This document shows, piece after piece, positions 1 through 7,498 of a stretch of DNA of 64,000 bases. Both the position numbers and the translations under genes were made by a program. The stretch lies in contig OZ241841.1 in NCBI GenBank assembly GCA_965202665.1, positions 2,432,001 through 2,496,000 of the forward strand, written 5' to 3'. Origin of the DNA: Candidatus Spongiisociaceae bacterium (lineage in GTDB: Bacteria; Actinomycetota; Acidimicrobiia; Spongiisociales; Spongiisociaceae). The notes beneath the pieces are model-generated. The model was given only the letters and a program-made list of their open reading frames with translations, made no database searches and had not been told where the DNA came from. Each line of letters starts with the position of its first letter. Position 1 is the stretch's first letter.

Positions 1-1027
1 TGACACCATAACCAACATCCTTCAGGTTTCTCCAAGGCCCTGTTTTGCCTTTACCTCCTTTTCTAATCATAACCTGAAAGGGTTCACTTTCATCGCCAAA
101 ATGTTTTATTCTTATTCTATCTAAGATGCCGGACTGTTGCCCAAATTGTTCTATCATTTTTTTGATATGTTGCCATTCTTGTTTATTTCTGAGAGAAGCA
201 TCGGCCAGATACATAGGAATATGACCACCCTCATGTTCTGGCTTAGGGTTGTAAGGATCGTAAGTTCGAAGAGGTTTAGTTCTAAATGGACCACTAGCAT
301 ATGGACGCTTACCGTGATGTCTCACAAAAGTAAAGGAACTTATCCTATCAAGTTTCCGAAAATGCTCCCAATCTTCGGCTTTTATAATCGGTGACCCCTT
401 AAGAGATTTAAACTTTTTCTGTAAGTCACCTGATTTGGAAGGAATAGTCACAAGACGAAGTCCAGATAGCTCCTCAAGAGTATCATAAGATCTAATCTGT
501 CTTTGAAACTGCCAACTACCATTTGCAGTAGATAATGTGGCCGTATATTTCTTTGAATTTATTTGTTGTATAAGTGAATTATTACCTTTGGTGATTTCTT
601 TTCGTTTTAGAACAGGGTTAGTTCCATCTTTTTCAAATTGGACACCAAAATGATATTTGTTTTCTTCGAAAGCTGCGTAAAAATATTCCGCCTGTTCACC
701 ATTAGTATGATGGTAGGCGATATCCTTGAAGGTACCCATATCGAAGGGTTCTTCATTGAAATTATAACCTCTGCGGTTATGGACGGCATCCCAAAGGATC
801 CTGATCATGGCCATGAGGGAGGTTTTGCCGGTGCTGTTTTCACCGACCAGCAACGTTAAAGGGGCCAACTGTGCGGTTTGCTTCTCGTGGAAGCACCGAA
901 AGTTTTCGAGGGTGATGCTATCCATGATGCTGGCTCCGGCGCGCGTCGGCTTGGCGGGCGCGCCGTCTTTTTTGGTGCGACGGGCCTTCTGATTTGCGGT
1001 TGGGCGGGTGGTGGTGGTTGTCGCCAT
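1..1027 (-). CDS. ABC/AAA-family ATPase (AAA_15/AAA_21-like), 3' end runs off the window
   Basis: Manual translation (absent from the ORF track because no stop lies in the window): MATTTTT...MDSITLENFRCF...LTLLVGENSTGKTS (Walker A)...WRNLKDVGYGV (start of ABC signature). TAAAAT (1034-1039) lies 6 nt before ATG 1027; alternative start 925. AT-rich body. Confidence 0.8.
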   Translation of the reverse strand, partial: MATTTTTRPTANQKARRTKKDGAPAKPTRAGASIMDSITLENFRCFHEKQTAQLAPLTLLVGENSTGKTSLMAMIRILWDAVHNRRGYNFNEEPFDMGTFKDIAYHHTNGEQAEYFYAAFEENKYHFGVQFEKDGTNPVLKRKEITKGNNSLIQQINSKKYTATLSTANGSWQFQRQIRSYDTLEELSGLRLVTIPSKSGDLQKKFKSLKGSPIIKAEDWEHFRKLDRISSFTFVRHHGKRPYASGPFRTKPLRTYDPYNPKPEHEGGHIPMYLADASLRNKQEWQHIKKMIEQFGQQSGILDRIRIKHFGDESEPFQVMIRKGGKGKTGPWRNLKDVGYGV

Positions 1028-1093
1028 AGGCATATTTTAGCACAGCCCCGGGGGCTTGCGCGCCGGGCGCCCTGTGCTAGGATGGGTGTCCCT

Positions 1094-1165
1094 TCGGGAG
1101 TGGTGTAATTGGCAGCACGACAGGTTCTGGCCCTGTTAGTAGGGGTTCGAGTCCTCTCTCCCGAG
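1094..1165 (+). tRNA. tRNA-Gln(CTG)
   Basis: Acceptor TCGGGAG/CTCCCGA; anticodon arm ACAGG-ttCTGgc-CCTGT; T-loop GTTCGAGTC. Confidence 0.95.
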
Positions 1166-1168
1166 CCG

Positions 1169-4100
1169 TTACCCCAGAGGGGCTGGGCGCCCGGCCTGCT
1201 GGTCGGCGGTTTGGCGGGTCTCGTTGATCGCTTTTTGCAGGGCCTTCACTATGCGGGAGCCTCTTCTGGCGAACCCCAGTTCTTTGATGGCTATGTCCAT
1301 CAGTTCCGAGTCGGTCAGCAACCGCCCGTCGGATTCGATCCAGCGGATCAGTTTGACCAGGGACTGGGGACTGTATTCCCCTATGGGATCGCCCGGAACT
1401 ACCGGGCAGGTGCCTTGGCGTTGCGGAACCCGGCCGTTCCTGTCCGGTTCGGGCGGCGGCTCAGCCGGTGGGGGAGTGGCGGGGTGGCTGGGCGCGTCCG
1501 TTTCCGCCGCGGCCCGTTTCCACGCCGTCACCGTTTTTTCTATTTCCTGTTCGCGGTGCAGAAACCAGTCGGTGGACCAGATGCGGTGGAACCGCCACCC
1601 GATGCGCTCCAAGTGTTCCTGCCGGAGGCGGTCGCGGTCGCGGGCCGTCCGGGAAGAATGGTACCGGGCCCCGTCCGCTTCTATGGCCAGCACCATCTGA
1701 CCGGGCCTTTCCGGGTGGGCGGCCGCAAAATCAATCCAGTATCCGGCGCTTCCGTACTGGGCGACCAGCGGGATGCCCGCTTGTTGCAACCCTTTTTGGA
1801 TGTCGCGTTCGAAGCCGTTGAGGGGGGTTTTGTTGGTGCGGGCGAAACCCAGTTTTTCGCCCCCCGTTTCGGCGTAGGCCAAGTACGCCCCCAGCATTCT
1901 GGCCCCTTCCGCTTTCAGTTTGTTCGGGTCCAGGTCGGCGGAGGTGAAAGACGAAACCACGGTCATGCGCCGCCGGGCCCGGGTCACCGCCACGTTCAGC
2001 CGCCGTTCCCCGCCTTCCACGTTCAAAGGCCCGAATCGGTGCACCATTCTTCCGTCCTGCCCCCGGCCGTAGCCGACGGAGAGGATGATGGAATCCCGTT
2101 CGTCTCCCTGCACCCGTTCAATGTTTTTGATGAACAGCGGCTCCGAATCCGACAGGCGCCGGGGACCGTGGTCTATCCAATGATCCAGTTCGGGATGATC
2201 CGCCCGTTCGTTCCGCAACAGTTCTTCCACCAGCCCGGCGTGTTTGACCCCCATGGTGATGACGCCCAGGCTTTCCTCCGGACGTTGACGGGCGTGTTCG
2301 AAAATCAGTTCCACCACCCGGGCCGCCTCCCGCACCTGTTTGCCGGTTCCGCCCGGGTCGTGGTCGGTCAGCACGTGGTTGACGCAGTCATCGTTGGCGG
2401 TTCCCGGAAAAGTGGTGAGAGAACCGTCGTAGAGGGTGGGTTGCGCGTTGGAGAAGGCGATCAGCCTTTCATTGCGGGAACGGTAATGCCAACTGAGGTT
2501 GCGGGTCCCGTGCGGAGGGGAAAGCAAAGTGGCCATCACATCCAGAATGGACTCAAACCCGCTGGTCAAAGAAGCGGGGTTTTCTTCGTCTTCGTCCTCT
2601 TCTTCGATGGACCCCATGAAAAAGCGGGTGGGCGGCAACTGTTTGGTGTCCCCGGTCACCACCACTTTCCCGGCTCGCAGGATAGGGCCGATGGCGTCGG
2701 GGGCGGTCACCTGCGAAGCCTCATCGAAGATCACCACGTCGAACAGCTGCTCCTGCGGCAAGGTTTCCGCCACCAGCAACGGGCTCATCGCCCAGCAGGG
2801 TTTGAGCGCCCGCAACACGTTGGGGGCCTCCTGCAACAGTCGGCGCACCGTCATATGCCCTCTTTTGAGAATGGCCTGTTTCCGCACCAAAAGGCTTTCT
2901 TCGTGATGGTCGTTGCGAGCGTCCCGGGACCATTTCGCCACCTGGCGGCGAACGCGATCTTTGCCTGATTCGATATGCTGCTGATCCACCCGCTTATATT
3001 GTTCAACCGTCCGGTTCAGCGCCTCCCCTGAAAAAGTCCTTATGGAACGGTCGTCCAATCGTATATGGTCGAGCAGGCTCTCATACCAAACGTAGCGGGC
3101 CAGATCCAGGGTTTCTTCCGTGTCCAACCGGCGGCGGGACGCTTCCACCAAAACCTCTTTCAGCCCCCGGGAGGAAAGATTCAAACCCAACTCTGTTATA
3201 TCCGCCAAATTCAATAATGTTTCCTGATGCTCCAGCAAAATCTCCACCCGCTCCTGGAGTTTCTCAAATGTCAGGTCCCCCAACTCCGGGTCGCCGGTTT
3301 GTTCTACGACCTGCTCCAGTTTTTCCAGAGTTGCGGAAATTTCTTTATCTTTAGCAGAGGCGGGCAAATTTTGGGGAAACGCCGATTCGCCGCCCGAATC
3401 GTATTGCCCCCAAGTAGTCAGATGTGAGACTATCTTGTCCACAATTTTATGCAACATTCTCCGAGAAGGCTTGGTGTTATGTTGCCACAGTTGTTTCACC
3501 TCTTTCATAGCCTGGCGGTATTTGCCGTTGAAAGTCAAAAACAAACTCGGTTTGCTTTCCGCTATGACATTCAGCAGTTCGCGATCCAACTCATAGGCGG
3601 CCCATTCAACATATTCACAAAGTTCCTCAATTTCCGTTATAAACCCCACCAGATCCTTCCATTCGGAGACGGTGTTTAGCATTCTGAAACCGAGCTTTTC
3701 CGCAAACTTTTGCCATTCTCTCAAAATCTGAACCAGCTGGCTGTCCAGAAAGCGCAACGATTCAAGGGAATCGGATATTTGGTCGCGAGCGGTGAGGTTT
3801 CCCGCCTGATACGCCAACGCCCAGGGACTGGCCGGCAGTTCGGTTTCCGGCAACAAGGCTAAACCTCCCAAATCGACATACTGCCTTACGTCGCGAAGGG
3901 CCTGCTTCCACTCATCTTCCGCCAGGGCCTGGAGACTATCATCTGTGAAACGGATGTGGGAAGGGACTACTTTGCCCCGAAGGGTAATCAAATTTTCTTC
4001 AATGTCGTAAAGAGTTTCGTCCCAGGGGTCCCTCTTTTTATGCACGGAAGCGGTGTGCTCATTCAAACTTCTGCGATGCTGGGACAAATTTTCTTGTACG

Positions 4101-5263
4101 GGTTGAACATCGGGTTCCTGCGAATTAGTGTATTTATCCAAGGTCATACGCAGATCATTGGCCACCCGGCGCTTCAAACTGCTGGCCCCCGTCTCATGCA
4201 AATCCAAAGCTATGTCCAAATCGTTGTCGCGCAGACGTTTCAGCACCGCATCAATGGCGGCCCGCTTCTCGGCGACGAACAGGACCGTTTTCCGGGAGGC
4301 CACCAGGGCCGCGATAAGGTTGGAGATAGTCTGCGACTTGCCCGTCCCGGGCGGGCCTTCCACCACCAAATCCCGCCCGGCCAGCACCGTGTTGATGACG
4401 CCGGACTGGGAAGCGTCCGCATCCAACACCAGAAACTCTTCGGAAGGGTGCACCATATCGGGATTGACCGGTTCAAAATTAGCGTGTTGCGTGCGGAGCC
4501 TGGATCGGGCTTCGGTATCGCCGGCGATGGCGGCCAGCAGATCGTGTTCGCCCAGCAAACCGTTTTCTTCGGCTTCTTGGATGTCTTTCACCATCGCCAA
4601 CTTCTGATAGGAAAAGTTTCCGACGACGGCCTTGCTCCGGTCGACCGAAAAATCCGGAATTTCGCCCCGGGCCTGGGCGGTGAGCCGGTCCGCCAAAGCC
4701 ATGCGCTCCCCGATGCTGGAAAACTCCCCGTTCCGACCGCCGTCGAAAAGAAACTCGAACTCCGTTTCCAAATGGTGATGCAAAGTGGGATTGACCTGCC
4801 ATTCCCCGCTGATTTGCAAATCGAAGTCTTTGGCGACCCCGCCCCTGGGCTTAAGCGACAGCGGAGTCAGGAGCAAAGGCGCCGCCGGAATGGAAGACGA
4901 CCCCGGTCCGGAAGTGCGCTGGTTCGTCCAAGTCGTCAAACCCCAGGCGAGGAACAGGGTCTGCACCCCGCGTTCCTCGTCGTTTTCCCGCGCTTTGGCG
5001 GCCACCGTCCGGGCCCGCCGCGCCGCATCTTCCAGCCGGTCGGGTTCGGGGAACAGGCGCGAAAGCCGGGTTTTGCGGCTGTTCGTCAACTCGGCCAGGG
5101 CGGTTTGGTCGGCGCCCCCGCCCGCCGACAGGTCCAGCGTGCCCCGGCTGAGATCCCGGTAGTAGAGGAGCGGGTTGCGCCCGCTGCGGTCCAGCAGGTC
5201 GCTGCTCCATTTCTCAGCCGCCTCGGAAATCAGGTGGGCCGTGATCGGGTTGGCTGTGCTCAT
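1169..5263 (-). CDS. DUF4011-domain SF1 (DNA2/NAM7-like) helicase with C-terminal Vsr/REase-like nuclease domain
   Basis: N-terminal WSSDLLDRSGRNPLL (DUF4011-like); VEGPPGTGKSQT Walker A; FDEASQ, GDTKQLPP, WHYRS, QGDERD and RRLNVAVTRAR helicase motifs; C-terminal IDFA...IEADGARYHS...RDRLRQEHLERIGWRFHRIWSTDW. Start moved to ATG 5263, which has TAAAGT 7 nt upstream. Confidence 0.9.
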   Translation of the reverse strand: MSTANPITAHLISEAAEKWSSDLLDRSGRNPLLYYRDLSRGTLDLSAGGGADQTALAELTNSRKTRLSRLFPEPDRLEDAARRARTVAAKARENDEERGVQTLFLAWGLTTWTNQRTSGPGSSSIPAAPLLLTPLSLKPRGGVAKDFDLQISGEWQVNPTLHHHLETEFEFLFDGGRNGEFSSIGERMALADRLTAQARGEIPDFSVDRSKAVVGNFSYQKLAMVKDIQEAEENGLLGEHDLLAAIAGDTEARSRLRTQHANFEPVNPDMVHPSEEFLVLDADASQSGVINTVLAGRDLVVEGPPGTGKSQTISNLIAALVASRKTVLFVAEKRAAIDAVLKRLRDNDLDIALDLHETGASSLKRRVANDLRMTLDKYTNSQEPDVQPVQENLSQHRRSLNEHTASVHKKRDPWDETLYDIEENLITLRGKVVPSHIRFTDDSLQALAEDEWKQALRDVRQYVDLGGLALLPETELPASPWALAYQAGNLTARDQISDSLESLRFLDSQLVQILREWQKFAEKLGFRMLNTVSEWKDLVGFITEIEELCEYVEWAAYELDRELLNVIAESKPSLFLTFNGKYRQAMKEVKQLWQHNTKPSRRMLHKIVDKIVSHLTTWGQYDSGGESAFPQNLPASAKDKEISATLEKLEQVVEQTGDPELGDLTFEKLQERVEILLEHQETLLNLADITELGLNLSSRGLKEVLVEASRRRLDTEETLDLARYVWYESLLDHIRLDDRSIRTFSGEALNRTVEQYKRVDQQHIESGKDRVRRQVAKWSRDARNDHHEESLLVRKQAILKRGHMTVRRLLQEAPNVLRALKPCWAMSPLLVAETLPQEQLFDVVIFDEASQVTAPDAIGPILRAGKVVVTGDTKQLPPTRFFMGSIEEEDEDEENPASLTSGFESILDVMATLLSPPHGTRNLSWHYRSRNERLIAFSNAQPTLYDGSLTTFPGTANDDCVNHVLTDHDPGGTGKQVREAARVVELIFEHARQRPEESLGVITMGVKHAGLVEELLRNERADHPELDHWIDHGPRRLSDSEPLFIKNIERVQGDERDSIILSVGYGRGQDGRMVHRFGPLNVEGGERRLNVAVTRARRRMTVVSSFTSADLDPNKLKAEGARMLGAYLAYAETGGEKLGFARTNKTPLNGFERDIQKGLQQAGIPLVAQYGSAGYWIDFAAAHPERPGQMVLAIEADGARYHSSRTARDRDRLRQEHLERIGWRFHRIWSTDWFLHREQEIEKTVTAWKRAAAETDAPSHPATPPPAEPPPEPDRNGRVPQRQGTCPVVPGDPIGEYSPQSLVKLIRWIESDGRLLTDSELMDIAIKELGFARRGSRIVKALQKAINETRQTADQQAGRPAPLG

Positions 5264-5376
5264 GCTCCGAACTTTACCCAAAGGGTGTGACGGAAAACCG
5301 GGTCCCCCGGAGTGCGGGAGTGCGGGCGGCGCTTTCATCCGGCAACGGCCGCCGGTCTGCTACAATCGGCGGGCAC

Positions 5377-5449
5377 GGCCCCGTCGTCTAGTGGCCTAGG
5401 ACGCCGCCCTCTCAAGGCGGTAACGCCAGTTCGAATCTGGTCGGGGCTG
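5377..5449 (+). tRNA. tRNA-Glu(CTC)
   Basis: Acceptor GGCCCCG/CGGGGCT; anticodon arm CCGCC-ctCTCaa-GGCGG; T-loop GTTCGAATC; TACAAT -10 box at 5361-5366. Confidence 0.95.
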
Positions 5450-5499
5450 CCGGGGCCGGGGGCGGTCCGTTAACTCCGCCGGGCGGTTATTATCCGTCT

Positions 5500-6411
5500 A
5501 TGCCCAAAATCATTCCCTCCCAAGCCCTCCCCTATATGGCCGACGCGGTGGCGTCGGGCCGCATCGAAGGGGAGTTTTGCGACCTGTCCACGCTCATCCT
5601 GTACGAGTTGGGGCCGGTGCCCGGCATGAGGATCGTCAACGAAGGGGATTACCGGAGGGTTTCCAACATGTGGCGCGCCACGATGGAACTCCGCCGCCGC
5701 CCCGGCGCCCGCCTCGCCCTCGATTTCCACCGCCGCCTTTTTCGGGAGGCGATGGAGCCGGGCGCCGAATGGGAGGCGGGTATTTGGCGCACCGTCCGGG
5801 TTTACATCCACCGGGGATGGATTACCCACATGGACTTCGACGGGGAATGGCAGTTGAAACCGGACCTGTTGCATATGCCGCCCCCGGAGGAGGTGCCCGC
5901 CCTTATGGCGAAATGGGATCGGGAGATGAAACGGGACTGGGAAACCGAGGCCGCCTCGCCCGCCGAAGCGGTGCGCCGGGCCGGGAACGCCCACGCCCGC
6001 TTCGAACGCATACACCCTTTCCCCGACGGCAACGGGCGGGTGGGGCGCGCTTTGGCCGGCGCGCAGATGGGCTTTTGGGGAATCTCCGAAGTGCTGTGGG
6101 AGCGGCGGCCGGACTACTACGACTGCCTGGACGACCCGGTCCAAGCGGGGGTTTTCTTCGAAAAGGCCTGGTCGGAGGCGGAGTCCCGCCGGGCCGGCCG
6201 CAACCGGAACTTCGAGGGCCCTTTGGCCGTAGCCGGGACCCGTCCGGGCGGGCAATGGGAGCTCATCCATCCCCGCGCCGAAGGAATATGGGCGGCGCGG
6301 GAGTTGCTCGATGAATACGGCCCCTCCCTGGGGTGGGGCGACGAAGGCTGGGGGCGCGCCCGCGTTGAGGGCCAACCCTGGAACCCCGAATACGGCGCCG
6401 TCTGGGAATGA
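5500..6411 (+). CDS. Fic-domain protein
   Basis: Canonical Fic motif HPFPDGNGRVGR; TATTAT 6 nt before the ATG (leaderless). Confidence 0.85.
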   Translation: MPKIIPSQALPYMADAVASGRIEGEFCDLSTLILYELGPVPGMRIVNEGDYRRVSNMWRATMELRRRPGARLALDFHRRLFREAMEPGAEWEAGIWRTVRVYIHRGWITHMDFDGEWQLKPDLLHMPPPEEVPALMAKWDREMKRDWETEAASPAEAVRRAGNAHARFERIHPFPDGNGRVGRALAGAQMGFWGISEVLWERRPDYYDCLDDPVQAGVFFEKAWSEAESRRAGRNRNFEGPLAVAGTRPGGQWELIHPRAEGIWAARELLDEYGPSLGWGDEGWGRARVEGQPWNPEYGAVWE

Positions 6412-7496
6412 TCGCCGCGCCGGCGGGGGTGGACGAAACTCCGGTGTTGGCGGTGGACGAGGCGAAACTCCGCCGCAACATCGGGCGGATGGCTTCGGCG
6501 ATGAAAACGGCGGGGCGGGCCTTGCGTCCCCATTTCAAAACTTCCAAAATGATCCGGGTGGCCCGGATGCAGGCGGAGGCGGGGGCGGCCGGGTTCTGTT
6601 GCGCCACCGTCGCCGAATTGGATGCCCTGATCAACGCCGGTTTCACCGACCTGCTGTGGGCGCATCAGCCGGTGGGCCCCGCCAAAGTGCGGGCCGCCGT
6701 CGACCTCAACCGGCGGGCCCGGGTGATGGTCGCCTTGGATTCCGCGGAGGCCGCCGCCCCTCTCAGCCAAGCGGCCGTCGCCGCCGCCCTATCCGTCCCT
6801 TTTCTGCTGGAAGTGGACACCGGCCTGGGGCGGGCGGGGGTGCTGCCGGAGGAAGCGCCCGCCGCGGCCCGCCGTCTGGCCGGCCTGCCCGGGTTGGAAC
6901 CGGCGGGGGTGATGACCCACGAAGGCCATGTGTCCGCCCACGGCTCCGACCGCCCCGCCTTGGAAGAAGCGGGCCTGCGGGCGGGGCGGGCCCTGGCCGA
7001 AGCGGCGGACAACCTGCGGGCCGCCGGAGTAAAAGCCGACATCGTGTCGGTGGGTTCCACTCCCGCCGCCTCTTCTTCCCCGTTCGCCGACGGGGTGACC
7101 GAAGCCCGGCCCGGAACCTACGTTTTCCACGACGCCAACCAGGTGTTTTACGGGAGCGCCGACTGGGAGGACTGCGCCCTTACGGTGGTCGCCCGCGTCG
7201 TTTCCCGTCCCCGCCCGGGTGCGGCCGTCATCGACGCCGGTCGGAAAGCGATGAGTTCCGACCCTCCCCATGCCGGACGCGGATTCGGGACTTTGCCCGG
7301 CCGGGATGTCATCTTCGAACGGGCCTACGAGGAACACGGCGTCCTCGCCGGCCCCGGGGCCGACCGCCTGCGGGTGGGGGATCTGGTTTCCATCATCCCC
7401 AACCACGCCTGCCAAACCGTCAACATGTGGTCCGGGGCCGCCGTCGCCCGGGACGGCGCCGTAGCCGACCGCTGGGACATCGTCGCCCGCTACTGA
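6408..7496 (+). CDS. Fold-type III PLP enzyme (D-threonine aldolase / D-serine dehydratase-like, alanine racemase domain)
   Basis: RPHFKTSK PLP-lysine motif, EVDTGLGRAG, VGSTP, EARPGTYVFHD, EEHG, IPNHAC. Confidence 0.85.
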   Translation: MIAAPAGVDETPVLAVDEAKLRRNIGRMASAMKTAGRALRPHFKTSKMIRVARMQAEAGAAGFCCATVAELDALINAGFTDLLWAHQPVGPAKVRAAVDLNRRARVMVALDSAEAAAPLSQAAVAAALSVPFLLEVDTGLGRAGVLPEEAPAAARRLAGLPGLEPAGVMTHEGHVSAHGSDRPALEEAGLRAGRALAEAADNLRAAGVKADIVSVGSTPAASSSPFADGVTEARPGTYVFHDANQVFYGSADWEDCALTVVARVVSRPRPGAAVIDAGRKAMSSDPPHAGRGFGTLPGRDVIFERAYEEHGVLAGPGADRLRVGDLVSIIPNHACQTVNMWSGAAVARDGAVADRWDIVARY

Positions 7497-7498
7497 TG

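Noticed and set aside
137-1108. Short ORFs listed in the track (137-394, 607-789, 638-859, 807-992, 878-1108)
   Set aside because: They overlap the real minus-strand ATPase frame and have no motifs.
1109-2968. 619-aa plus-strand ORF, and similar long antisense ORFs such as 53918-56134, 52573-53982 and 59568-61061
   Set aside because: Shadow ORFs opposite well-supported genes in high-GC DNA; this one also overlaps a tRNA.
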